DNA of 62,649 bases, counting the filler, from Basidiobolus ranarum (taxonomy: Eukaryota), in NCBI GenBank assembly GCA_040143965.1. It is 5 parts of 5 records of this genome, joined end to end, with 100 filler letters (N's around TTAATTAATTAA, not from the genome) between each part and the next. Parts side by side here need not be neighbours in the genome. Positions count along the whole stretch, not along the records: positions 12,575 to 25,040 come from JASJQH010000542.1; 4 more parts are not named here. The stretch is one strand, 5' to 3'. Positions 12,575 to 25,140 of the stretch are shown piece after piece. The notes beneath the pieces are model-generated. The model was not told the DNA's origin. It ran no database searches and saw only the letters and a list, made by a program, of their open reading frames with translations. The stretch's first letter is position 1, and each line of letters starts with the position of its first letter. The position numbers and the translations under genes were made by a program.

Positions 12575-14588
12575 GGAATGACTACCATGACCCATTTAGA
12601 TTAGACTAACAATACAAAATCATTGTACAGGCATAGTCCGTAGAGTATTCTCTACAAATACTTTCAGCTGATCACAGGACGGTTGATATGATTGACATAA
12701 TTGGCAATTTTTGTGACTTATCCTATCGTATTTTTACATCAATCCGATGTTCCATTTATAAGCAGACCACCCGGATTTTTGTCCCTCGGTTACGACCAGG
12801 GTTATGATATTCCCATCTAGTAACCTCCGGACTTCAGTTACTTGCTTTGACTTTTAGAAGAGAGTTATTCCCGGCTCTACTGCATGTTGTTACTTTGAAA
12901 TGATTTTACATCTAGACTTGGTTCCTTATTTCTAGCTGCGTAAAAGATAATTGATGTATGCATATATTCACCTATAAATCCGCAGCCAGCTCGCATGTGC
13001 TATATAAAATTAGATATTCCTCTTTCATTGTTCTAAATTCAAAAGATTTATTGACAGATTTAGCTACACATGTACCTCAATTTATTTCCAATCTCTCCTC
13101 TATTTTCTTTAGCTAATATTTGAGGTTTGCTTTACCAGGAATGATAAGTAGATATATGAAGCTACTAAATATACAAGGTCAACAAGATGAGTTAATCCAA
13201 CTATACTTAGATTAGTGACAGACCATAGCTAGATATCTATTGATGATTTGTGGTTGAAGGTGAAGTAGAGTTAGAAATGAAGCTTTGAACCGGAATAGAA
13301 ATCATTGGTAATTGAGACAAGCTATGACTTGAATTGAGGATTCAGGGTATGTAACTCCAACATGCAGTTTTTAGAACTAATCTGGCTAGTAACTAGCTTC
13401 ATAGTAGTTACTATGAGCTAGCTGAATGTACCTTGGGATTGAAGTTTAGGCGGGGAAAATACTTTACGCAAGAACTTGTTCCAGAATAATAGTTATATTG
13501 AAATTGACCAAGCAGAAAATATCTTTCAGGTTACACTTATCCCGAATTCCGAAACGCGAAATCTAAATCACTCCCAACAGTTAACTTAAACATTGTTTTA
13601 AGCAATACCTCTGAAGCATCATTCTCTGGTGTATACTTGTATGTTTCCACATTTACGCACAACTTACTTCAAAAAGGAGAGCGAAAGGGGTTGCTTGGAA
13701 TCCATTAATTCAATTCCAAATCCTCAAGGGTGATTTGTAAATTCTTTTACCCCAAGACAAGTACACTTAATGATCTCCTTGTTCGATTAACATCAGAGAT
13801 GTGGAATCAAGCCTATTTTGCAACACTTCGTTTAAGAATATTCATATGTAGGGAGGGATAGGGACATCGAGAAATAGGGGTCTATATGGAGAAAGGGGTG
13901 TCTTGGAGGTGGTGCACGCTGGGGAGCACATGCAATTTCCCCAGGACTCTCATCCCGTTGGGTCTATGCTTGGCAATTGCTCCTGCGTGGATTTCGGTTT
14001 TTTTGAACACCTTAGGGTAGTGATTAACAGTCATTTAGTTAGGAACATAAATGACATGGTTCTCCTAGTTTGGTAAAGATGCTCATTCGCTAGGTATAAT
14101 TGGAAAGCTTAATCAAATATTAGAACATATCGGGAAATAAGCATTGATTCATATCTGATAGAAGTCTGTTTATACCGTTTGAGGATCTGATCTATTGTTA
14201 GTTCATAGCTAAGAATACCCTTTATCTATATGGTCCCTAGATTTGTAACATGGCCAAGCAGATGCAAATTAGAATAGATATTTTAAGTATAACGTTTTCC
14301 GTTTTCAAACTGTTAGAAAAGAACATTTCTAGCTGTCTGCTTGTTTCTGACTTTTTCAACCTCTCTTTTACTTTCTATCTCTCTTTCATCAAGACTGCAA
14401 GGTTTTGTTTTTTCAGAGATTTTCCGCTCATAGACTGTAACATGACTATCTTTGCACTCACATTTTTGTATTAAATTTATCTCATAAGCAAGTATCTAAA
14501 AGAATAAGCAGCTTTATTCACTTCACCCGGCCTATTTCTCTTTTAGAATACGGTATATTGGCCGATTCGCTTCCAGAAACTTTTTAAC

Positions 14589-16499
14589 ATGAGCATAGCA
14601 AAGTGCTTGACACCATGGCTACCTCTAGTGTACTTTATGTTCTTGTTTCCTTGTCTAATTCAATCCAAGGTAGTACTTATTAGTGCAAGAAGCAATGTGA
14701 CAATACCCTCACAGAGCGTTCCTTCTTGTGACCCCTTTGGATTGCGTCAAAATTCATTCAATTATTCCGGAGTTTTAGTAAAAACCTCGGTGGATTGTCA
14801 AAAAGGAAAGTTATCCTTTGTAGATATGCCCTCGAAAATTCAATTCGACCGGAATTTAACAAAAACCATACTTCTACTGCCAAGTAGTGTGAGATGTTTG
14901 GACGAGCAGGTTGGTTTAGTATAAACCTCTTGTCTTCAAAGTAACTATTTCATGACCTTGTTTGATTTTCCCACTCTAGCTTGCCACCAACCTTCACAAT
15001 CAATTGCTTGAGAATTTGAGCACACTGGGTCTCCCAAGCTCTGTGATACTTTTATATCCGTTCTCACCCAGTTCTGATGCGTGCATTCGCGTATCAACAC
15101 CACTATTTTCAAACAATTCAATAGTCATCGGACAGGCAATAGTACCTCAAGATTTCAAGATACCTGAATATAATGTAACCTCGGGATTTGTGACGCTACA
15201 AGTGTCTCAAGGTATTTAATTAAGATTTATGACCAGCCTCGTTGGTACTGTATTGACTGTCTTATAATTAGAATTAAATCCGTGGAATATCCTAGTCGGC
15301 TCTCAACTATACAACGCTCAATATTGGGTGTTTTTTGCCCTGGTATGTTATATTTTCTACCGAACAAATCACATCACATTGTTGACAATTATATTGCAGA
15401 AAATGGTGGGAGCATCGATACTTCTTTTTTATATCCTGAAAGCCATCTTCCGAGGATTCTTTGAGAAGAACATACGTACCGCGCTCGCACTCATCATGAT
15501 TGTATATCTAATTGGTATGTGTCTCTGAACTTCTACTGACTCGGGTCACTTCTAATTGAAGCGTCTATTTAGTGACGGCGTTTTTTCCCACCGACGCCTT
15601 GCACGAGATAGTCTTTGTAGATCCGGTCAAGGCGATATTTGACTTTAGTTTGCTGCGACAGGGTTCATTTAAAGTTTATGTGGTGATAGCTTATCTATTG
15701 GGGATAGTCAGCTGCTATCTATTGACAATCACATGGTTAGTGAGTTTCACAAGTTTGACTGGCAATATGTTATTAATGGTCCAAGCAGGTGTCGAATTAT
15801 GCTACTTGTTCACAGCGAGCGTTTATTTCGCGTTTTCCTGATTGTCAGTTGGATATCTTGCGTATGCTACCTGATCTCAACAGTGCTCTGCATCGCGAGC
15901 CATTACGTAGCCGAGAACCTTCTAGACCGTGTCACCTTGGTCGTCCTGTATATAAACCTTAGCTTGTTGTGTATTTGGATCCTGCTAGCTTGTATATCTG
16001 GTAAGTGGTGTTAGTGCTGTCTGATTGGTGATTTGTATTGAGACATGGTCTATCCAAATAGCGGTGAGGTTCATATGGTGTCTAAACCATCCAGACATGT
16101 CAATGGGTGCTCGTAGACGTATGCGACTGGTAAGTGCTTTCAAACCGCCATTGAATCATTGAAATGATTGTTAAGCTAGCTTGGGTTTTCGTGGTTTCTC
16201 AGATCACACTGATTATGCTATTTATGCTGCTAAGCTTCCTGGGACAGCGATTGTCGAATATCTTATTAACAACCAACAATATCTATGCGTTTATCGTTCC
16301 AGCCTTGGTCTATTCAGTTTCGGAGTTGGTGATGTATGGAATTATTATCGGATTCCTGTGCTTGTTAAATTCCGTTGAATCCACAGATGGTGTCTATGTA
16401 GACTATTGGGAGCCGTCATGCTATGTTCATTTTGGTACTGGTCAATCAGAGCTTGACAGATTAACCTCCACTCATACACAGCAAACGATAGCGTATTAG
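14589..16499 (+). CDS. Multi-exon membrane protein: signal peptide, Cys-containing extracellular domain, about 7 TM helices (family unknown)
   Basis: Consecutive plus-strand ORFs joined by GT-AG introns (e.g. about 15735-15788 joining ITW|CRIMLL); N-terminal hydrophobic signal; repeated hydrophobic segments from about 15280 onward. Confidence 0.65.
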
Positions 16500-16930
16500 C
16501 TTACTTGGCATTTAGACTATCCATTCACGTGATATTCATATATACTCACCCACTCCCCTTCCCTTCCCTACTTGTATATCATCCCATTCTCCTCTTTTTT
16601 ACATTCAAAAAGTCTACTTTTTATTTCTAACAAGAACATCCGGCTACGTTACAATGAATTGAGTGAGGTCTTATATTAAAAGGTCTTAAAGGTAGAAATA
16701 TTTAGGAAACAATACGAGTAATCCATATAATGTCCAAAAATCATGGGTAGTAGCATATTTGAATAATGAACTTTTCACCTCCCTCCATTTCTTATATATG
16801 CTACAAGCGGTGCTTACCAGTCTAGTAGCAACAACAATTCATGAAGGTCTAATATAACCAAAATGATGGCCCTTGGGTATATAGCCATGTGTATTAACTG
16901 TGTAAATTGACGGTAAACGTCCATATGGCT

Positions 16931-17894
16931 TTAGCGGCGTTTAAGTAACTCATATACAGTCATTGAAATGACAGCATTGGGAGTGGCCCATATTACTCTA
17001 GCAAACATTCCACGAGTGAATGCTTTGAATCCTCCTTCCTTTAACCACATATGTTTGGCGAGCTGCCAAGAGGACTTGAGCTCTCCTTGTCTATTTGCAA
17101 CTTGCCATCTAGTTTTAACAACATCTAGAGTATTTGAGATAGCAGCGGCAATGCTGCAAGCACCAGCAGAACTTAAAACATAGACCCATGGTGTAAGCGC
17201 TTCCTCAGCTCCTGATATTCCGCGCTGTTTGTAACTAGATATCCAGGTTTTGAGTTTCTCATAAGTTACAAAATAAATCATGGTATGAGGCACGAATACA
17301 CCTAAGGTGATCCAGTAGCCCTGATAGAATCCACGTAAACCATCCCGGCCATATATTTCTCTTGCTAATCGCAATGTATCCGAGCCAGAAAGCTCAGCCG
17401 TCGTGGGTAACATATTTTTTTTTACCGGTAGCTTGGCTCGTTCAATAATTTGAAGTCTATTCTTCATCACTTCCATGGGTGTCCAAAATAAACCAGAAAG
17501 TACTTCAGCACATAAACCAGAAAACATATGATTGGCAGCTTTCTCCTCACCAAACCCTTTTATATGTGAGATGTTTGCCTTCACGAAATCATATGTGGTA
17601 AGATATACAGAAAGACCAGGTACAGAAAACGTTAAAGCTACGGGAAGTCCACGATAAAATGCGGTAAAAGACTCTTTGTGTAAAATATCCTTAGCTGCTC
17701 CCAGCACAGTTACACGGGTACCAAGTGAAACTTGAAGTCGAGTCTTTACAGTATCAACTAAAGTAGTAAAAGATCATCAGTAAAAAGGAAATGGTATAAC
17801 TGTTTAAAACTAAGTATCTACGTGGATGTGTACACACTCTAGCAACCAGCGCTGCCGTGCTAGAAGCGACTACGTTGTATGCATCGAACGGCAT
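16931..17894 (-). CDS. Mitochondrial carrier family (SLC25) protein, 2 exons
   Basis: Three carrier repeats with P-x-[DE]-x-x-K-x-R signatures (HP.DTVKTRLQ, TPMEVMKNRLQ, variant NTLDVVKTRWQ); ATG at 17894, intron about 17759-17821. Confidence 0.9.
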
Positions 17895-18452
17895 AGAACA
17901 AAACTATACTGAGACAAGTTAGGTCTCCATCATCGAATCAATGTAATAAATCACTCGGATGATTGGGAAATTAGTTGACGAATATCTGATGGATTATTTA
18001 TGCAAAAGATTCCAAACTTTGCTAGCATTGTTTATTTATTAGTTTGAGCTGTGTCTAATTAGACAAGTGTTTATCTAAAGATAAAAATCTAAACGTAGAT
18101 CATTTGGATTTTACATTGGCCCTATGTATTCTTATCTTGCAATCTACATGTGTCACTGATAAGGCAAGTCTCGCTTACTTTCATGTTCCAGAATAGAGCA
18201 AGACGGTTGGACTACTAAAATAACTCCAAAATCGATACTTTACATCTGACCGATGATTCGTCACTTGAAAAGGCCAGAAATCTGGCTAGCGTAACTGACT
18301 TAAAAGGTCACTAGTTTGGTTTATATCTAGTATCTGAGCGATTTAATAGAATTTGAGTATTTAGTACGCGTGTGAAGTCACCTATTTATCTCACTCTTAA
18401 AAAGCTTCGAGCCAGCAACGTAGAGTCCACTTTTTAGAAACTGATACACATC

Positions 18453-19803
18453 ATGCGAGATGTACTTTGTTGGGCTTTATCAACTGGTATAATGTTCTAC
18501 CTTGATTTTTGAAAGACCTTTGAATATCTGTGGAGCGTTCATGTAACTGGGTTGTTAATTTTTTTTCTCTTTTTCCTTTTATTACTTGCGTACGAAAGTG
18601 ATTTCAGTGCCGCGCGCCTTAATCAGTTTTGCTCGCAAGGATTGTAGGGTGCGTTCTTGGACCGTATTACAGTATATTATCTCCTCACAAAGTCGTAACA
18701 TCCTTCGTTTCACTTCTCTATCCCACTTACGCCTACTGTTTACTTTGGGAACACGGTTACGCTCTCTCCTATACCAAGTCCCCCATGGAACTGCCATTCG
18801 TGTTAAAGATTTTCACATACCCTCATACTGGATAAGCAACACCCCATTTCTTGCCAAAAATCCACCCAATAACCTTGACTATGTGATACTCTATGCTCAT
18901 GGTATTTTCCCTTATATTCACAACCACTTTATCTGTCTTGGTATAGCACTAAATTGAAGCGATTTCAAGGAGGTGGATTTTGTATTGGGAACGCTACAAT
19001 GCACTTGACTACACATCTTGAATGGCTTGCTCAAATTGAAAAGCAACACCATTTGACCGGCTGCATCTTTTCAATAGAGTATGGTAAGTAAATTTTCTCC
19101 CAAACTATGTCCATAGAGAACAAACGATGCTCATCTTCTTAAACACCGAATATAGACTTAGCACCTGAGTGCACTTTTCCAAAACCTATCTTTCAGATGA
19201 AGGAAGCTTACGAATATTTAATCAATACTTTGAATATCAGTTCCTCTAAAATCTTCCTGGGTATGTATGTCAGCTTGAGTTGAGAGTTCGACCAAAATAT
19301 TAATGGAATTTTTGAATGATATAACAGCTGGTGACTCCGCTGGGGGTAATATCGCTATTTCTAGCGCGGTTCGTATACGAGAAGCGGGGCTACCTATGCC
19401 AGCTGGGATGATATTGGTATCTCCATGGGTGGACCTTGAATCGGAATCGGAATCTGGTCTGCAAAATCAAGATTATGATATCTTGACTTCAGAATCTCTC
19501 ACCAAATGGGCAAACATGTATATGGGGAAGAAGCCCCTTGTTACCGGGTCACCACTGTTTGCAGACCTGGGAGGACTCCCACCGATGATCTTATTTGCAG
19601 GGGGGAAAGAGCTACTTATGGATGATATTTTAGAGTTTGATCGGATGGCTACTCGTTGTGGAATTTACGTAGACTTTGTAATTCTGTCGGATATGGTCCA
19701 TTGTTGGCCATTATTCAAAGAGTTTTCTGGTGATAAACTTCATCAGATGGCCACCGATATGATTGCCAAGTTCGTGAGCACTTCATTAAAAGAAGTGCTT
19801 TAA
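18453..19803 (+). CDS. Alpha/beta hydrolase, hormone-sensitive-lipase (HSL, family IV esterase) type, multi-exon
   Basis: YAH|GGGF oxyanion motif split by an intron, EY.LAPE..FP, GDSAGG nucleophile elbow, SPWVDL, catalytic His in MVHCW. Start position tentative. Confidence 0.85.
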
Positions 19804-20377
19804 CATGACTCGTATTGAATCCCCCACATTCCCATACTATGTTATTTGCTCTACCTCATCTTATTTCTCTATTGGCCATTCAAACCTCCCACATGGAATG
19901 ACCAACGGTAAATACTAGATGGTGGGAATCTACTTGTACCGTGGGTTAAATGTGTATCCCATTTAGCCTACTTACCTGCCCCTTGTAATGTTCAATCCAC
20001 TTTATTTGTTTATAATCATCTCTTTTGTAAATGTCTTTAGAATGGAAACCCTTCCGAATATTCCAGAATGGGGAATCATCCCATTTTTGCTTCATATTCC
20101 GTACTATCTATTCGACTATACTTCTCTAGTTTACATTGGGTTACATTATCCAATTATCACATTATGCCATTATTCTCATTCTCATTATCCCGCAATTGGT
20201 CACCTTATTCACCATAAATGGGGTTCTCTATCGGATCATTAACCTTCAATGAATTTTTAGGATAGAGTAGAAATAGAATATAGATTATCACTGAATCGCT
20301 GGTTCTAGGCTTGATTTTATTGATTGTCAATGGGTAAAAGGTGATATGTATTGGGTGATGGTAATAGGTGGCTAACT

Positions 20378-20935
20378 CTACAAGAGCATCAACAGACCTA
20401 CGGAAAGAATGGACAACATGGGAATGATTTCAGCTTTGTTGGCTCCACTTAGGGTACTACTACTAGGCAAAGCGCTGGGGCTGTGAGAGTTTGATGCTGC
20501 GTCGCTGTGCGATTCAGAACTGTCTGGTTTGGGACTCTCAGTTGATGTCTGAGTGGAAGTGGCGGAAGTAGCTGAAGGAGCGGAAGAGGCAGAAGGAGAA
20601 GCAGCAGAAACAGAAGCAGAAATAGCGGAATTAGCGGAAGTAGAAGTAACAAGTGGACAATACTTCTCTATTTGGGCTGAGATTTCACTAGAGTGACTAT
20701 TGACGTCAGGATCATCTGGGCAGTAGTATACACAATGTTGGAAACCTTGGGCTTGGTTGCAGTTACATTTTGCATCATCATCTGCGCATTGAACCGTAAG
20801 AATGTTGGAAACACATAAATTATATGTATCGGCATAGGAGCAGGATTTGTCAGAAATGCCCACTGGGAGATAGTTTTGGGCTCCGTAGATACTGGAAGCC
20901 AAGGTGGTTATGGCGGTAAGATAAGTGAACTTCAT
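20378..20935 (-). CDS. Secreted Cys-rich, Ser/Thr-rich, probably GPI-anchored surface protein
   Basis: Signal peptide; Cys-rich domain (CSYADTYNLC..QCADDDAKCNC...HCVYYCPDD...YCP); Ser/Ala/Thr stalk; hydrophobic C-terminal tail after SGAN. Confidence 0.85.
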   Translation of the reverse strand: MKFTYLTAITTLASSIYGAQNYLPVGISDKSCSYADTYNLCVSNILTVQCADDDAKCNCNQAQGFQHCVYYCPDDPDVNSHSSEISAQIEKYCPLVTSTSANSAISASVSAASPSASSAPSATSATSTQTSTESPKPDSSESHSDAASNSHSPSALPSSSTLSGANKAEIIPMLSILSVGLLMLL

Positions 20936-21792
20936 GATGTCTTGATGAGAAAAAGTTCGAAACTTCCCCTTATATAGAGATTCAATAGATGGCTTGCTCT
21001 TACTACCACCTATCAGTCAGTTTATATTGGAAAGAAATATATATCCTTATTTGGAGAGTTTACTTATAAAATTTCATGAAAGTTTATTCTTTTTATATTG
21101 CATCGTCCGTTCTGGAACTGTTCTATTGTTGGATATTATCTATTTTGGAAGTAAATTAATGAAATCGATTATTCTAAAATGTCCCGAAGATCATCTAGAA
21201 TACTCTGTGATTTATGGTAGTGTGACCTAGTGGCTCTGCGAGATTGTATCACCTTTAACCGGGCCCTTGATTTCGTATTCTAATGAATGTGAGTATACCA
21301 GGTTTCTTTAACTCAAAGTCTCGACAGGGTGTAAATAACGTTAGGATGCCAATCCAAGGGGCTAATCTCGATTGAAAGCAGAATGGGTAAATGCATTAAT
21401 GAGTAGGTACTTAATCTGAGATCACATAGGATGGTTTATATTTATATACTGTTCTAAAGTAATCTAATCTAATCCGCTATCTAGTAGATCTTTAGATTGG
21501 AGATTTTATAGTGTTATTTTGTTCCAATTTTCTACACAATATTGGTCTCATACCTACATGTTACTTAGAACATAGTATCAGGCACCAATATGAAGAGAAA
21601 GTATGTGGTGGTAGACTAATCAACGGGACCTACTTGAAGGTATTCTTTTGCATTTGAGAGCATATAAGTTGGATCTACAGGAGAGCTATCATTTGCTATT
21701 ACATTAATATACAAATCCAAATCTCCTTCCCACTATTTAAAGATTTTCTTGGCCACATTTTCAAATATTCTTAGGAACATTGAGAGTAACAG

Positions 21793-22685
21793 ATGAATAC
21801 CGCTGAAAACATTGACGATAGTGAGCAGACCTACTCTTACACGGTTGAAGATACAGGTCGTGGAATCAAGCGTCGGAATCGTTTAAATCCACAACAAACA
21901 AGTCGATTGATGCAAATATTTGAACAAACAACGAAACCTAGAACTGAAGTTCGAAGAACATTAGCTAAAGAACTTGGAATGGATCCACGCGCCGTTCAAA
22001 TATGGTTTCAAAATCGCCGACAAAAAGTCAAGAAAATATCTCAGGAATATCCTATGGTGGAATTTCAATGCTCATATAATTTCGTACCTTCTAGTCCTTT
22101 GGAATATATCCATCCAATTCACAAAGTTCCCTCAGGTTATGCTTATCAGCCGTCCGCTTTTGATCACTGTAACAAACTCTTCACTTCATCTTTTATGAAT
22201 ATTCCATCCGTTTCCTTAGACAACAGAGCTCACACACCACCACTGGAATCACCAGCAGATTTGGTGAATCCCAGCCAATACTCAACTTTGACAGGTAAAG
22301 CTAGTACGGTTAATCGGCATTATTGAGTTATTAACTAAATACCCGTGAAGACCATCGGTTGACAAATCACATAGAATTGCCATTTAGCCATTTTAGTTCA
22401 ACTCTCTCTTGGCCAACATATGATCCAACGGAGTTAGACAGGTTGCAGTATTTGGATGCCTCTATCCGCAATGGACATTCAAATCATGAAGAAACCACAC
22501 TAGTAGAAAATTCTAACTTTCTAAACATTCACTCGTCGCAGCAAGCACTCTCAAATGAATATGCACATATGGTAGAGGCTTTGGACACTCAATTATCTAC
22601 CACTCTATATAGTTCCTTGGAAAACTCCAGTGATGTGTCGATTAGAAGATTTTCGGAGAATTCTCAAAAATACTCCGACTCTTAG
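21793..22685 (+). CDS. Homeodomain transcription factor, 2 exons
   Basis: RRNRLNPQQTSRLMQIFEQTTKP...LAKELGMDPRAVQIWFQNRRQK homeodomain; probable intron about 22294-22350 joining to the 22359..22685 frame. Confidence 0.85.
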
Positions 22686-23368
22686 ATAACATCGATGACA
22701 AACCCTAACCCTACGACCCAACTGGGAGATGGGACTTTACAAAATATGCTTGGTTATTAATAATTACTGTCCCTAATTAGATGTGCTTCGCTGAATTCAT
22801 TGCGGTTAGACATCATTTCCATAAAGTTTTGATTTTCTATCGATTTACAAGTTAGTCCGATTCGTGTATTGAGGGGTTAGGGTTACTGTTGTATGAATCA
22901 CTCTTCTAAGACGCCAACCCTTAGGACCCCAACCCTAGCCTTATGATTTCTAGATCCTTCATGAGTAATAAGTGATCTCATACTATGTAACTGTACTATA
23001 AAAAACCAAGCCAATCATCAGTTATGATTAGGGCAATGGAGATTGTCATTCAATCCATTACTGCGATTGTCGTAACACTTGCTCAAGTAAACACTAGTTT
23101 CAAGTGCTTTGACCTGATATAGTCCATAGCCGCTTTAAGATGACACCATTCTTGGGTTGCGAACCTCGACTAGAAATCGTTTAGCATAGTTCGATACCAA
23201 TAGATCAGATATGCTTGGCATTTTGAAAGTTGAAGAGACAGGTCACCCTAAGTCTTGATTTGGTAATGACCATTTAAAGCGAATCATAAAGTGTGACCGG
23301 CTTCGGTGATATATATAAAGGCCGGTCCTTTCATCAGTAACAACCATCAACAAACACTCTACTCCAAC

Positions 23369-24325
23369 ATGAAGTCTCTTGCCATTCTATTAACTACTGC
23401 TCTGACTGTCATTGCTTCCACTTCGGCCTTTCCGGCTCAGGAAACTGATTCAACAGACAGTGCTCCATCAACCTTTGTTGCGACTGCCACTCAAAGCTCA
23501 TCATCTGCTGAGCCAACGCCATCCAACGACTTCCCTGGTCAAGACGTTATAGGACAAATGGGACAAAATATCACCGACCAGTGTTTAAATACTATCAAAG
23601 GCGTTGTTGCTATAGGTAATGTACAGTCTTGCATACCTGCCCAACAACTATTACCAATCTGGAATCAAACCGTATATGATCCAGTCAACATTGCCAATTA
23701 TGTGTCCCAGGGATTGGACGTGATATGTCAAGCACCAGAATGCCCATCGGAGGCGTTAACCATGGCATCTAATCAGTTGGAAAGTAATTGTAACTCTCAA
23801 GATCAACAACAACCCTTGGTACAGGGTGCTACCGCTTTAATCAAAGACTATGGAGCTTGGAGAAAACTGGCATGTGAAAAATTACCAAACAACAGTACCG
23901 ACACTAGTAATGATCAGAATGCTGACACCAATGATAAATATTGCCTTGCCGATGCCACTCAGTTCTACATCAATAAGAGCTTGATCATCCTTACTGGAAA
24001 ATGGAGAGAAAACCCTGAGCAGTTATGCCCTCCTTGTGCTGACACTTGGTATTCAGATATCAAGCAGCTTGAGCCACAATATGCTGACCTAAAAGATTGG
24101 GAGTTTGCTTCGTATCTTGAGGAAGTTTGTCCGAATCTCAAGAATAGTACACAAACCCCTACACCTACCGAATCTCAATCTGGTAGTCCCGCTGATACTA
24201 CTGTTGTCGAGACAGCCACTACCAGTGATCAACCTGAGGCGACTGTTACTCAAAGCACTGCTCCTACCGAGCAACCTAGCCAAGCTGAGTCCACAACCAT
24301 GGTGTACGTTACTACGGCTGAATAA
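23369..24325 (+). CDS. Secreted Cys-rich protein with Ser/Thr-rich linkers
   Basis: ATG at 23369 (MKSLAILLTTALTVIASTSA signal), TATATAAA about 55 bp upstream; central domain with 10 Cys; Thr/Ser/Glu/Pro-rich tail; intronless. Confidence 0.85.
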   Translation: MKSLAILLTTALTVIASTSAFPAQETDSTDSAPSTFVATATQSSSSAEPTPSNDFPGQDVIGQMGQNITDQCLNTIKGVVAIGNVQSCIPAQQLLPIWNQTVYDPVNIANYVSQGLDVICQAPECPSEALTMASNQLESNCNSQDQQQPLVQGATALIKDYGAWRKLACEKLPNNSTDTSNDQNADTNDKYCLADATQFYINKSLIILTGKWRENPEQLCPPCADTWYSDIKQLEPQYADLKDWEFASYLEEVCPNLKNSTQTPTPTESQSGSPADTTVVETATTSDQPEATVTQSTAPTEQPSQAESTTMVYVTTAE

Positions 24326-25040
24326 ATACCAGCCAAGAGTATCATATTTGTAAAAACATGACCAATCTAGTCAAAACAAAATCAAATCACGGTGTAAATT
24401 CATATATAATCATGCTGTATTATCCTTTGCCAAATTTTGAATAAATATGCCATTTATGTTATATATCAGTTGGTTAGTTCCATATTCTTTGGACCAAGAT
24501 GTGAGTTATTTTCGAGTTCATAATGTATATACTAGGACTCTTGTAACAAGATAATATCTGATCTGATCAAGAGACCGCTCAAACACAAGTTAGCGCCAGT
24601 GAATTTCCATAAGAATCGGTTTCTTGGGGCTGAGAATGATTAGATTGAGGTTATGATGTTTTTTGCTGGCGAATATTGGCCTGCCGATTCAAATACTACT
24701 AATCGTCACCTCACGTTACTCACACTATCGGTGCGGATAGAATTGTTTAAATGGTATAGAAATTCTAGTTTTACGTTGTAAGTTAATCAAAATTGACTAA
24801 TTAAATATATAATCATTACTATAAGTAAATAATCAAATAAAAAAGCGAATAGAGAACAATCTAGATTAAAGTAGAAGTCACTAGAAATTACTGGCAGTCG
24901 CTAAGAATCACTAGAATTAACTGGAAATACTAAATCCGTCCAAATATCTACTATAAATACCGAGTTCTCCTGTCAATTTATCAACCATCAGTATATTATT
25001 TATCCACTAAACATTCAACCAAGTAATCAAGCAAACAATG

Positions 25041-25140
25041 NNNNNNNNNNNNNNNNNNNNNNNNNNNNNNNNNNNNNNNNNNNNTTAATTAATTAANNNN
25101 NNNNNNNNNNNNNNNNNNNNNNNNNNNNNNNNNNNNNNNN
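25041..25140. other. Artificial contig spacer
   Basis: Same N44-TTAATTAATTAA-N44 linker. Confidence 0.98.

Noticed and set aside
19965-19990. TACTTACCTG matching the U1 snRNA 5' end
   Set aside because: Downstream sequence lacks U1 stem-loops and an Sm site.
25010-25040. TATAAA and CAAACAATG at the end of contig 2, suggesting a gene start
   Set aside because: Only the ATG is visible before the spacer, so no product can be supported.
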